A DNA stretch of 64,000 bases from positions 17,523 to 81,522 of the IMG/VR virus record IMGVR_UViG_3300048839_001082; one strand, written 5' to 3'. The notes under the pieces were generated by a model. The model saw only the letters and a list, made by a program, of their open reading frames with translations. It searched no databases and was not told where the DNA came from. The DNA comes from a virus. Positions 39,806-49,336 of the stretch are shown here, piece by piece (positions within the stretch are counted from its first letter, which is position 1; every line of letters begins with the position of its first letter). A program made the position numbers and the translations under genes.

Positions 39806-40696
39806 ATGTTTAAGCCAATGCTCAGCCCTCGGGAAGACCCTCTTTCATATCCGGACTATTTTAGAAAGCTTCAATATCCTCTGTTAGCCTCACCGAAGCT
39901 GGACGGTATTCGTGCGATCATCAAAGATGGTATAGCCTTTTCAAGGACTTTTAAAGCGTTGCCCAGTGGTCAGGTTCAAGATCAATTCACGTTGATTAAT
40001 CATTTTGATGGCGAAATTCTTGAAGGAAACCCTTCAGACACAGATGTGTATAATCGTACTCAAAGTCATGTAATGTCTTTTGACAAGCCGGGTGAGCTTT
40101 CATATCATGTATTTGACTGGTGTCATGAAGATTGGCTGCACAGACCTTTTTATGAAAGGTTGGAGATGGCACGCAAAATGTTACCTTCAACGCCTTCTTA
40201 TAAATTTGTGGATCATATTTCTATTGAAACTGAAAAAGAATTATTGGAGTATGAGGAATACGTTTTGAAGCAAGGCTATGAGGGCATTATGATGCGTAGT
40301 CCGGTTGGATATTACAAGACCGGTAGAGGCACATTTAAGGAAGGTTTAATTTATAAGCTCAAGAGATTCGAAGATGTGGAGTGCCCGATTTGGGACTTTA
40401 TTGAGAAACAGATTAACACCAGTCCCAAGGAACGTGATGAGTTGGGTTATGTGAAAAGGGTTGATAAAAAAGACTTTAAGGAAGGCGCGGGGATGGTCGG
40501 TGCCTTCGTAGTTTCATTTGAAGAACAGAAGCTCATTGTGGCACCGGGCGCGTTCAGTCATGACGAATTAATCACCATGTGGGAAAATCAAGAACTTTAT
40601 CGCGGTGCACCTTTGAAATTTCGATTTATGCGTCACGGCATGAAAGATAAACCGAGATTCCCGAGAGCTGTGGGACTCAGAACAAAAGGTACATAA
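39806..40696 (+). CDS. ATP-dependent DNA ligase
   Basis: SPKLDGIR, FDGEI, YHVFD, EGIMMR, KLKRF, PRFP. Confidence 0.92.
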   Translation: MFKPMLSPREDPLSYPDYFRKLQYPLLASPKLDGIRAIIKDGIAFSRTFKALPSGQVQDQFTLINHFDGEILEGNPSDTDVYNRTQSHVMSFDKPGELSYHVFDWCHEDWLHRPFYERLEMARKMLPSTPSYKFVDHISIETEKELLEYEEYVLKQGYEGIMMRSPVGYYKTGRGTFKEGLIYKLKRFEDVECPIWDFIEKQINTSPKERDELGYVKRVDKKDFKEGAGMVGAFVVSFEEQKLIVAPGAFSHDELITMWENQELYRGAPLKFRFMRHGMKDKPRFPRAVGLRTKGT

Positions 40697-40901
40697 TGAA
40701 ATCAAGACTTTGTATTGTGCATTTTGATGAGGACGGTGAGCCGATGTCATACGAAGCACCTGATGAGCCTGTAGTTTTTCGTTGGAAGAGAGATTACTGG
40801 TCTGATTGGAATCCCTTGCCTTATGAGAAGCAACTTCATGCTAGTATTAAAGAGCACGGCTATCCTATTGAATATGCATACAGTGAAAAGGTAAAACAAC
40901 G

Positions 40902-41243
40902 ATGAAAGCGGTTCTGTATTTTGGTAACAATCCATTTGTACTCGTGGACATTACTAAGAACGCAAAAGGCGAAATCACAAGCGGATGGGTGGTAAACGGT
41001 GAATGGATGCTTGAAATGGATGATCAACGTATTTATGTAAAGAAAGGCAATAATATCGTTGATACGTATTTTAAAGAACCATTTCTTTACATTGAGGTTC
41101 CCGAAGAAATGCGCTGTAATTCCACTACCTATAACAAAGTCATTGATTGGGCAAATAAAGAACTCTTAAAATACCGCAAAGCGCAAGATGAGCAAAAATC
41201 TTCTTCACAAGAAAAGATTAATGGAGTTCGCCACTTGGTGTAG
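40902..41243 (+). CDS. Hypothetical protein
   Basis: Coupled ORF. Confidence 0.55.
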   Translation: MKAVLYFGNNPFVLVDITKNAKGEITSGWVVNGEWMLEMDDQRIYVKKGNNIVDTYFKEPFLYIEVPEEMRCNSTTYNKVIDWANKELLKYRKAQDEQKSSSQEKINGVRHLV

Positions 41244-41430
41244 AAAAGAAGGGTTTGTGGTATCTGATGCACAAATTGATTATATTGTCCTACGAGTGCA
41301 AAACCCCAGCAAGCCCACAAATCCTATGATGGGTGTGTGGTATCGAGAGCATATGCCCGAACATCTAACAGTCGATTATAGATTAATACCCATAGTTCGA
41401 AGATTTATTAAGGAAACTAAAGATGCCTAG
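41188..41430 (+). CDS. Hypothetical protein
   Basis: MSKNLLHK..L.EF..W phage-type ORF. Confidence 0.55.
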   Translation: MSKNLLHKKRLMEFATWCRKEGFVVSDAQIDYIVLRVQNPSKPTNPMMGVWYREHMPEHLTVDYRLIPIVRRFIKETKDA

Positions 41431-41755
41431 CCTAGGTGTGGGTGATGTATTCTTGCTTAAAGAAGGCCAGAAAGTATTCTTCACTGGTTATAGAAAACAA
41501 GGTTTGGATGTTACACTGGAAAGAACCGAACGTTATGTTGTGTATAAAACAACGCATGACGGAGGCGGCACGGGACATGGTATGCACGATATTTATCCAG
41601 ATGGACATCATGTTTGGTGTGAACAATTGGACGTGATCAAACCTTTGCGAGTAAATTTTTATCAATCGGGCTGTTTCAGAAATATGTATCCTGATTTGGA
41701 GATTATTGGAACAGCCAAAAAGATGTGGGTATTCACCCCTAAGAAAGGAACTTAA
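41423..41755 (+). CDS. Hypothetical protein
   Basis: AAGGA RBS; GGGTGHG.HD.YPDGHHV motif. Confidence 0.6.
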   Translation: MPSLGVGDVFLLKEGQKVFFTGYRKQGLDVTLERTERYVVYKTTHDGGGTGHGMHDIYPDGHHVWCEQLDVIKPLRVNFYQSGCFRNMYPDLEIIGTAKKMWVFTPKKGT

Positions 41756-42898
41756 ATGACCGGAATGAAGAGCTCCACGATCAAGTCAGTCTTGAGGGAT
41801 CAACTCAACTCTTGGATCTCCACAATCAATGAACCTGAGGTTAGAGAGCTCACGGAAAAGAATGCGTTCGTGACAGGCGGCGCAATCTCATCGATGTTGC
41901 TCGGTGAAATGCCTAATGATTTTGATATTTATTTCAAGACTAAGGAGGCCGCACTCGCGATCGCGACGTATTATGTTCAAGATTTTAATCGACGTGTCAA
42001 TAATCAATATAAAACAGACTTGAAGTTATACAAGCAACATGAAGATTATGTAAAACAGCTCGCCGGTTATTATGAAAGTGAAGGGAAAGAATTCGTAGAT
42101 ACCAGCAAATGGCCGCCCAAGCCGGTGAAACCGATGCATGAAACATTGGTGAAATTGGAAGATCGCGTGAATTGTAAAGGAGTGATCGAGAATCGAATCA
42201 TTGTATATGCGAAGAGTGCCGGAGTAGTTTCCGAAACTCAGAGTGAATACAAGTATTTCGAACAACACGGAGAGTTTGAAGCGGACGATTTTATGCGATC
42301 GTTGAAGGCCGATGAAGGTGTTCAATCTGAGATTGAGTATCAACAGTTTAGAGAAGATCCAATCGGTTATACAGCCACGCTCGCAAATGAAGTCAAAAGA
42401 CCGCCGGGTAAACCTCCTGGAGAAATTGTCGGAAAATTTAGACCTGTCTTTCTCTCAGAGAATGCCATCACATTGTCTCACAAGATGCAATTGGTGGTGA
42501 GGTTCTTCGGCACACCTGGAGAAATTCATGAAAATTATGATTTTGCTCATTGCATGTGTTGGTATGATCTTGAAAAAGATCATTTGGAACTTCCTTCAGA
42601 AGCTATGCAGTGTGTACTGTCTAAGACACTAATCTATAAAGGCTCACTGTATCCGATCGCATCTATCTTCAGAATTCGCAAGTTTATTGAAAGAGGATGG
42701 AGGATCACCGCCGGACAACTTCTCAAAATCATCTGGCAAATTTCGAGTCTTGATTTGAAAGATTCTAGGATCTTGCGAGAGCAGCTTATCGGCGTGGACC
42801 AAGCTTATATGAAGCAATTGCTCCTGGCGTTGGAAAAGAAAGACGTCAAGATCGACGCCATTTATATTGTCAAGCTCATTGATGAGATTTTCGAATGA
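41756..42898 (+). CDS. Pol-beta-superfamily nucleotidyltransferase (CCA-adding/poly(A) polymerase head-like)
   Basis: VTGGAISSMLLGEMPNDFDIYF (GG...DxD), YDFAHC, FRIRKFIERGW. Confidence 0.65.
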   Translation: MTGMKSSTIKSVLRDQLNSWISTINEPEVRELTEKNAFVTGGAISSMLLGEMPNDFDIYFKTKEAALAIATYYVQDFNRRVNNQYKTDLKLYKQHEDYVKQLAGYYESEGKEFVDTSKWPPKPVKPMHETLVKLEDRVNCKGVIENRIIVYAKSAGVVSETQSEYKYFEQHGEFEADDFMRSLKADEGVQSEIEYQQFREDPIGYTATLANEVKRPPGKPPGEIVGKFRPVFLSENAITLSHKMQLVVRFFGTPGEIHENYDFAHCMCWYDLEKDHLELPSEAMQCVLSKTLIYKGSLYPIASIFRIRKFIERGWRITAGQLLKIIWQISSLDLKDSRILREQLIGVDQAYMKQLLLALEKKDVKIDAIYIVKLIDEIFE

Positions 42899-43236
42899 GA
42901 AAAATCTTTGTGTTTGGGAGTAATCTCGCGGGCAGACACGGCGCAGGGGCGGCTCTATTCGCGAGAAACAACTATGGTGCAATTTACGGTCAAGGAAAAG
43001 GACTTCAAGGAAATAGTTATGCCATTCCCACGAAGAATGGTGACTTGAGTGTTAGAACGTTGGATGAAATTTTTAAAGACGTGATGGAGTTTCTCAATTT
43101 CGCGGAAGACCACCCTGAGATGACATTTGATGTCACTCCGATCGGTTGCGGATTGGCTGGTTATCAACCGGAACAAATCAAACCTTTCTTTGTGGATGTT
43201 CCTAAGAATGTGAACTTACCGGATGTGTTTAAATGA
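42895..43236 (+). CDS. Macro-domain-like phage protein
   Basis: IFVFGSNLAGRHGAGAA...YAIPT...VTPIGCGLAG. Confidence 0.65.
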   Translation: MRKIFVFGSNLAGRHGAGAALFARNNYGAIYGQGKGLQGNSYAIPTKNGDLSVRTLDEIFKDVMEFLNFAEDHPEMTFDVTPIGCGLAGYQPEQIKPFFVDVPKNVNLPDVFK

Positions 43237-43457
43237 CATTCTATGATATTAAATCCTTTTTGACATTTCGATGGCATCATTTTATTAAACCCAGAAGTCT
43301 TGAAGATATTATTAAGGAGGAACTCTATGATGCACAACGAAATCTGCTTTTAGATGAAAGAAACTTAGAATATTCACAACAAATGGTAAAGTTTAGAAAA
43401 TTTCAGATCGCACGCTTGGCCAAAAGATTGGAAACACTAAATGACAGAATTTTCTGA
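43233..43457 (+). CDS. Hypothetical protein
   Basis: ATGA overlap. Confidence 0.55.
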   Translation: MTFYDIKSFLTFRWHHFIKPRSLEDIIKEELYDAQRNLLLDERNLEYSQQMVKFRKFQIARLAKRLETLNDRIF

Positions 43458-43701
43458 GTTTCGAACACCGAAAGAGATGTCTAATGAGGAATTCTTTGAG
43501 TACATTTTTAACTATTCTAAAGCAGGGCCATTCGTATAGGTAATCGCTGTTCAGGCAATAATGTCTTTCTTAGAAAATGAGGTATCACAACCTCGACCTG
43601 AGAAAGATTTGGGTTGGTCAATTATCAATAGACAAGCTTGGTACGATGCTTGTGTAATCCTCTATAAAGAGTTTCAGGAAAAATATGGCAAAGAATCTTG
43701 A
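43441..43701 (+). pseudogene. 86-codon ORF interrupted by one in-frame TAG (43537-43539)
   Basis: The frame overlaps both neighbours and is otherwise open: ...SKAGPFV*VIAVQAI...YGKES. Confidence 0.6.
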
Positions 43702-43930
43702 TGATTTTGTGAAAGCTTTGAGCGTACTTCAGAGCATACCTTTTGAAAAAGCATTGGGGCTAATGGTTGAAAATTTTAAAGTGTACGGCAATTGGAATCA
43801 AAACGCCTACACACTGGGCTTGCACAATGGGCTCGAAGTCGCTCTCGCATTGTTCCAAAAAAGAGATCCCGCTTTGAAGCAAATTCCAGAAGAGGGGTAT
43901 ATTGACGATTTCATGGATAAGGATGATTGA
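43685..43930 (+). CDS. Hypothetical protein
   Basis: GNWN..AY.LGLHNGLE motif. Confidence 0.55.
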   Translation: MAKNLDDFVKALSVLQSIPFEKALGLMVENFKVYGNWNQNAYTLGLHNGLEVALALFQKRDPALKQIPEEGYIDDFMDKDD

Positions 43931-44763
43931 TGAGCAAACCCATAGTCATTTATCACGCCAATTGTGCGGACGGCTTCTCGGCTGCCTGGGTCTTCTGGCA
44001 TAAATACAAAGATGCCCTGGAGTACTTCCCCGGTATTTACGGTAAACCACCCCCGAACGTTCAAAATCGTATTGTATACATAGTAGACTTTAGCTATACT
44101 CTTGATGTGATGATCGAGATTATTAAAGATGCGATTCAAGTGACCTTACTTGATCATCATCAAACTGCTATGCAAGCGTTAGATGGCCTTCACGCAAATA
44201 ATTATTTTCCACATTTTGATATTAATCGAAGCGGTGCTTCAATTGCTTGGGACTTTGTATTCCCTCATGAGAAACGACCTTTGTTGTTGAATCACGTGGA
44301 AGATAGAGATTTGTGGCGATTTAAACTAGATGGCACACGTGAGTATTCAGCGGCATTGTTCAGTCACAAGTATGATTTCGAAACTTGGGAAAAATTGATG
44401 GCGATGGATGAGATCGCCATGGTTGATTTCAGAATCGCCGGAATGCATATTGAAAGAAAGCATTTCAAAGATATTGAAGAATTGTTGAAGGTCGGTACTC
44501 GTGAGATTGTCATTGATAAGATCCTGGTGCCTTGCTGTAATCTGCCTTGTACAATGTGCAGCGATGGTGGCGATATCCTTTCAAAATCAGCACCATTTGC
44601 GGCCACATATTACGACACGGCCACATATCGAGTCTTCAGCCTTCGTTCTCAAAAGGAAGGTGGAATGGACGTGGCGAGAATTGCCGAGAAATATGGAGGA
44701 GGTGGGCACAAGAATGCCGCCGGTTTTCGGGTGAAGAGAGATACTTTTCTAGCACAAATTTAA
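43930..44763 (+). CDS. DHH/DHHA1 phosphoesterase
   Basis: YHANCADG, IVDFS, LDHH, DRDLW, SLRS, GGGHKNAAGF. Confidence 0.9.
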   Translation: MSKPIVIYHANCADGFSAAWVFWHKYKDALEYFPGIYGKPPPNVQNRIVYIVDFSYTLDVMIEIIKDAIQVTLLDHHQTAMQALDGLHANNYFPHFDINRSGASIAWDFVFPHEKRPLLLNHVEDRDLWRFKLDGTREYSAALFSHKYDFETWEKLMAMDEIAMVDFRIAGMHIERKHFKDIEELLKVGTREIVIDKILVPCCNLPCTMCSDGGDILSKSAPFAATYYDTATYRVFSLRSQKEGGMDVARIAEKYGGGGHKNAAGFRVKRDTFLAQI

Positions 44764-45046
44764 CTCTAAAAATAAGTGCGTTAAAAACTGCGATCCTGAC
44801 ACGCGTTTCGCCGCCCTTCCCTCCCCCATGACTTTCGAAAACGGTGGCGACTCGGGTCAGTTCTGGCCCACGGTGTGGCATCCTCGATGTGTAGGTATTG
44901 CACCGAGATTTCCTGTTGGCTTAACCCTATGGGCAATCCTGGATGATCATTAATAAGTATTAAGGTTCTGGATTAGAAACATACTCTCTTCGGAGAGCCG
45001 TTATCTGGTCGCGGTTCGGCCAGAATTTTTATTAGGAAACTTTCTC

Positions 45047-45694
45047 ATGAGTCAAGAACTCCGTCAAGTATATGTTATCGGTGACAAGGAATTCACCACG
45101 AAGGCCGAAGCTCTGACATTCCTGCGTCGCCCTAAGATCGAAGCGGAAATGGTCAAGGTCACCGGTGGTAATAAAGACTTGACTACATGGCTTCTGGATA
45201 ATCAGGAGTCGGTGGAAGTTGCGTTTGAAGTTGGCACGATTCGTCGCGTCACTAAGTCTGAGCACAATAAGTTGTCCAAGGCCGTCGAAGCGCTGAAGGC
45301 CATTGAAGGCAATCCGAAGATTGCTTTCTTGCAAGAGAATGCCGGTGCGATCCTGGATTCTTTCCGTTGGCCCGCTGTTAAGCGTATGGATGAAGCTGAG
45401 AAGAATGCCGCGGCTCGTAATTCGCTCGTCGCCGCTAGCGAAGGTAATGAGGAATTGGCGGAGTGGATCGTCAGCAATAAGGATGCAGTCCTGGCCGCTT
45501 ATGACGCCGGTAAGGAGAAGCGTGAAGTCTCTACCAAGGCTACCGAAGGTCTGGCCGCTTATCGCGCCAAGAAGGCTGCTGAGAAGGCAGAAGCGGAAGC
45601 CCTTGAAATGGCGGAAGCTGAAAAGAAGGGACCTGAAGCGGTCGCTGCTCTTATTCAGAAGCGTGAAGCTGCAGCTGCTAAGAACGCTAAGTAA
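45047..45694 (+). CDS. Probably abundant Ala/Lys/Glu-rich protein of unknown function
   Basis: Strongly biased codons (AAG, GCT, CGT); own leader and downstream hairpin. Confidence 0.7.
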   Translation: MSQELRQVYVIGDKEFTTKAEALTFLRRPKIEAEMVKVTGGNKDLTTWLLDNQESVEVAFEVGTIRRVTKSEHNKLSKAVEALKAIEGNPKIAFLQENAGAILDSFRWPAVKRMDEAEKNAAARNSLVAASEGNEELAEWIVSNKDAVLAAYDAGKEKREVSTKATEGLAAYRAKKAAEKAEAEALEMAEAEKKGPEAVAALIQKREAAAAKNAK

Positions 45695-45702
45695 ATAATG
45701 TG

Positions 45703-45776
45703 AAGCCCCATTTTGAAGCACCCTGAGGTGTTTTGAGATGGGGCTTAAAAATGGAGATGGGCTTAAAAATGGAGAT
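45703..45776 (+). repeat. Long hairpin with 18-bp tandem duplication gggcttaaaaatggagat
   Basis: Units at 45741-45758 and 45759-45776. Confidence 0.7.
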
Positions 45777-45918
45777 TAATATGCTTACTTTGATAAATAT
45801 CGGACTTGCTTTGCTTTTCGCGGCCAATTTAACACTTTTTGTTACGCCTCATGGTTCTTGGTTCAATCTTTTCGCAGCTTCTTTCATTGGTCTTCTTTCA
45901 ATTATCAAATAAATAATC

Positions 45919-46197
45919 ATGACCGCAAAACGTACATGTCTGACCGTTCGCCAGAACTGGCTTCTCTGCAACTATCTCGCGGAGAATTACACAAGTTCAA
46001 AGATGAACGATACGCAATTCGCGAAGAAGGCTTCCGAAGAACTGGGATTTGATGTCTCAGTACCTCAACTCGGACAGCGTCGTCGAGAGATGGAAATTCC
46101 TTCTTTCATGGAAACGTCCAAAGAACCTGAGACAGTGATTGAACGTGTGCGGGAACTCGAGAAACGTGTTGACGCACTGGAACAAATGTTCAAATGA
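45919..46197 (+). CDS. Small HTH-like protein
   Basis: DTQFAKKASEELGFDVS..L..RR plus a coiled-coil tail. Confidence 0.5.
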   Translation: MTAKRTCLTVRQNWLLCNYLAENYTSSKMNDTQFAKKASEELGFDVSVPQLGQRRREMEIPSFMETSKEPETVIERVRELEKRVDALEQMFK

Positions 46198-46203
46198 TTA
46201 ACA

Positions 46204-46293
46204 GGACAGTTGGCTGAGAGGCTTAAAGCGCCGGTCTTGAAAACCGGAGTTGGCGAAAGTCGACCGTGAGTTCGAATCTCACACTGTCCGCCA
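46204..46293 (+). tRNA. tRNA-Ser(TGA)
   Basis: GGACAGT/ACTGTCC acceptor, CT-TGA-AA loop, long variable arm, G73 and CCA. Confidence 0.93.
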
Positions 46294-46319
46294 TTTAAAA
46301 TATAAGAGGATTAAATAGA

Positions 46320-46661
46320 ATGATTACAGAATCAAGACCAATTAGCGTACTCCGACGTGTTTTAATATGGGGAGGTGTTACAATTTTATCTAAACATGTA
46401 CGACAGTTTCCTGTTATTGAAATGCTCAATGCTGATGACATTGGGATTGGTTGGGTCATGACAAACACAGAATGGATGTTATTTGAACGTGATGATGCTT
46501 TAGTAAAGATCAAACGTAAATTGACAGTTGAGAGAATAGATTACGACGCATACACAAATAAGCAATTTAAAGAAAAGTATGGCTTTTATAAAGAGGCGCA
46601 TTTTGATCATTATCATAAATTTCATAAGGCATTGAAGACATTGCAACAATATTATGTTTAA
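46320..46661 (+). CDS. Hypothetical protein
   Basis: GAGGA RBS. Confidence 0.55.
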   Translation: MITESRPISVLRRVLIWGGVTILSKHVRQFPVIEMLNADDIGIGWVMTNTEWMLFERDDALVKIKRKLTVERIDYDAYTNKQFKEKYGFYKEAHFDHYHKFHKALKTLQQYYV

Positions 46662-46845
46662 GAACTAAAATGACACTCCCATTTCCCAGAGACATTGACC
46701 TCAAAACTATCATTTCAGACCTTAAAATCTCTCAGAGAGGACTTGAATTGCTGATAAATCGAACACCGACGAGCGAGTCTCGCAATGATTTGACGGAAGC
46801 AAATATCCATCTCATGGAAGCAATTGACGTTTTAAAGAAACAACT

Positions 46846-47055
46846 ATGAGCACTGTTAGTAAAAAAATCGCTGATGAAGTGATCGCTCAGAACGGTCGCT
46901 ATGAAGGAGATCCCCAAGTTTATTCTATTTGGAAATACACATCTAAGTGGAATACGGAGGGTTACAAGTTGTTTTATAAGCCGAATATGTATCTATCTGA
47001 TTCGAAATTTACGATCGATCCAAGGATTTATTGGAGTTATGATGAGCAATTCTAA
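46846..47055 (+). CDS. Hypothetical protein
   Basis: Coupled ORF. Confidence 0.55.
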   Translation: MSTVSKKIADEVIAQNGRYEGDPQVYSIWKYTSKWNTEGYKLFYKPNMYLSDSKFTIDPRIYWSYDEQF

Positions 47056-47296
47056 ATCAGGCACTGTGGTATTTGATGATCTTTGTATCAGTTACTTTTC
47101 TGATAAGGCTGGTCAAATCAATTACAAGATCACACGATTTGATCATTGCATAGCTCAGGATTTCACGGTTGATGATCAAAGCTTTTTTAGAGCATTGTCA
47201 ATTGCATTGCATCCCACTAACTTTCCGGATTACGACCGTGACTTTATGTGGGCAGAAGCAATTATGCCGAAAGGAGAGTTTAGATGGATTCCATGA
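47042..47296 (+). CDS. Hypothetical protein
   Basis: GGAG RBS before ATG 47042. Confidence 0.5.
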   Translation: MSNSKSGTVVFDDLCISYFSDKAGQINYKITRFDHCIAQDFTVDDQSFFRALSIALHPTNFPDYDRDFMWAEAIMPKGEFRWIP

Positions 47297-47315
47297 GTAT
47301 CGATGTTTCTCTTTT

Positions 47316-47501
47316 ATGCGCAAAGATGTCAAAAAGGCTTTAGAGCCTTATCTTGAAAAAGGATGGGAGATCTCTAAAAGTTCTAAACATTATCAAATGA
47401 AACATCGAGAGTACGGGACTGTTGTGATGTCTTCAACAGCTTCCTGCCCCTTCTCAATCAAACACATTCTCGGTGATCTTAAAAGAGCTGAAAAGAAATA
47501 A
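47316..47501 (+). CDS. HicA-like small RNase/toxin
   Basis: 61 aa; KGWEI..SSKHYQMKH...TVVMS...IKHILGDLKR pattern; start uncertain. Confidence 0.5.
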   Translation: MRKDVKKALEPYLEKGWEISKSSKHYQMKHREYGTVVMSSTASCPFSIKHILGDLKRAEKK

Positions 47502-47507
47502 TCGTTT

Positions 47508-47581
47508 GCCCTCATAGTTAAATGGTATAACAGGTCACTTGTAATGATCAATTCACTGTTCGATTCAGTGTGAGGGCACCA
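47508..47581 (+). tRNA. tRNA-Thr(TGT)
   Basis: GCCCTCA/TGAGGGC acceptor, CT-TGT-AA loop, TTCGATT, CCA. Confidence 0.9.
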
Positions 47582-47585
47582 TTAA

Positions 47586-47617
47586 GGTCGTCGGTTCGAT
47601 TCCGACTGGCGGCACCA
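47586..47617 (+). pseudogene. Isolated tRNA 3' half (Thr-like)
   Basis: ggtc-GTCGG-TTCGATT-CCGAC-TGGCGGC-A-CCA: intact T arm, acceptor 3' strand and CCA. Confidence 0.8.
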
Positions 47618-47633
47618 TTTTAAGGAAATCACA

Positions 47634-48026
47634 ATGAAGACTATTGGTATTGTTCTTTTGTCAGTGGTTTTGGCGTCGTGTGGTGGAGGCGGAGATGACT
47701 CGCCTTACGTCTCTAAATATGCTCGTTACAACGGGAGCTATACATGCAAAGTCGAAATGACGACACCCATGTATTTTCAGGTTAAAGGCGAATTTGAGGA
47801 TACACGGGCCACGCTCACGATGGGAGGCGCTAAGTACGTGTATGACGATGTATTCGCCGAAGTACGCGGTGGACATCCTCGTTACTCTGAAAAGTTCGGT
47901 GACTATGACAAGTATGAGACCGTGACATTTGGATATAAAGATGAAATGGTCATTTATCGAGGACCCTCCAGTAATTTGGATTATTATTACACGGATGAAT
48001 TCTTTCTTTGCACTAAGGATCGTTAA
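47634..48026 (+). CDS. Lipoprotein
   Basis: Signal peptide with lipobox LAS-C followed by a GGGG linker. Confidence 0.75.
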   Translation: MKTIGIVLLSVVLASCGGGGDDSPYVSKYARYNGSYTCKVEMTTPMYFQVKGEFEDTRATLTMGGAKYVYDDVFAEVRGGHPRYSEKFGDYDKYETVTFGYKDEMVIYRGPSSNLDYYYTDEFFLCTKDR

Positions 48027-49296
48027 TGGTGATCACTAAATTGAATACTTTGCCTGAAGAAGGTAAGGAAGACATGTTGGAAATTCTCGAATTGATGAAG
48101 AAATCAGTAACAGAGGGTGAGATCATTTCCTTCATCTCCGTTGGGATTGCACCCAATGATGAAACACTTATATGGATAGGTTCTCAAAAAAGAGTCACCA
48201 GGCTGCGCATGATGGGTGCGATCGCTAATCTTCAACATCATTTTAATTCAGAACAAGTATGATTACAGATGCCGATCGTTTAGACTTCTTAGATACTCTG
48301 ATCAATCGCACAGAGTTTCAAAACACTAGACGTCCCAAAGAATATGTCGCGTCAGATATGCATTTAGGGCAAGGTTGGTGTTCACTATATGTCAGAAACT
48401 TATTTGGAAACATCGTGAAATCTTCCAGTCAAAGTTCAGTTAGAGAAACAATTGATGCTGTCATGAATGGCGCAAAGGAATAAATATGGAACGCGTCACG
48501 TTGCACGGAGAAACATTTTTCGTGGTTCATCCGGTCGATCGACTAATGTCAAGTCATATGGTTCGTGAAGTGGTCGAATCTGGCGCTCGATTCGTGGTCA
48601 ATGCTAGAACAAGTGAATTGACCATTGACCGATCGGCCGTGAAGCAAAATGCTTCAATTTCTGTCACTGAAGATATTTATAAACGACTTGAGGTACTCAC
48701 GAAACAATTTCAATCAGCACTCAATGAATTAGCCGAGATTCGCAAAGAAATTTCCCTTCTTAAGAGGTGATTATGAAACGAGCTGATGTAATTGAAAATC
48801 TTTTGTTGAGTCGGAAAGCCGCACTTCATTTGTTCTATATTACTCAACAGTTCGGCATTCAGATCACCACCGATAATTTTGATATTGTGACAGTAGTTGA
48901 AGATGAGCCAGAAGTTCTTCGAGAAATTGAATTGTGGGCTGATGATGTAGGTTTGCTATCAAGAAAGCATCCTGAAGAAGCCAAGTTACTTTTCTTAGAA
49001 GTGCCTAAGAAATGACTAAAACAAGAGTAATTAATCAATGGATGGACAGAGACCCTAATTGGGTCTTTGTTCCCGTTGAACACGGTAAATATATGAGAGT
49101 CGAAGTGGCGGTGGTCAGAGCACCATGCATCGCTTGCGGAGCGCAATTGGGAGTACCTTGTAAACGTCTTAAAACAAATGGGATGGATTATAGCTCTTTC
49201 GTGCATGATGTAAGAAAGACACACGCGAAAGCAGGGCATCTTCATGATATTTATCATGATGTAATTTCAGAGGAAGTCGAATCACCACTTAAATAA
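48026..49296 (+). other. Run of five small coupled hypothetical genes (48026-48262, 48259-48483, 48486-48770, 48767-49015, 49012-49296)
   Basis: Overlapping start/stop codons; the last has a CxxC...C...H zinc-binding pattern. Confidence 0.55.
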
Positions 49297-49300
49297 CAAT

Positions 49301-49332
49301 GCGGGGTTGGTGGAATTGGTAGACGTAAGGGG
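49301..49332 (+). pseudogene. 5' fragment of a broken tRNA-Leu
   Basis: GCGGGGT-TG-GTGGAATTGGTAGAC...AAGGG; its acceptor strand is exactly complementary to ACCCCGC at 49982-49988. Confidence 0.8.
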
Positions 49333-49336
49333 GCAT

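Noticed and set aside
43537-43539. Genome-wide TAG reassignment
   Set aside because: Long genes contain no internal TAG, and TAG ends several genes at expected positions.
45032-45721. Long minus-strand ORF (also 30890-31537, 4411-5022, 3367-3891)
   Set aside because: Antisense shadows of plus-strand genes, with no RBS or recognisable motif.
47148-47160. tagctcag as the missing 5' half of the Thr fragment
   Set aside because: It lies within a coding region and the preceding bases do not pair with TGGCGGC.
47586-47617. tRNA 3' halves as attP or attR sites of an integrated element
   Set aside because: No integrase in the window, the halves are not duplicates of the adjacent tRNA 3' ends, and the Leu half has a matching 5' half. 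Cannot be fully excluded for Thr.
49307-49336. TTG start of the HNH ORF (and the 49926 start of the next ORF)
   Set aside because: Both lie inside tRNA-derived sequence; ATG 49337 and ATG 50001 are more plausible.
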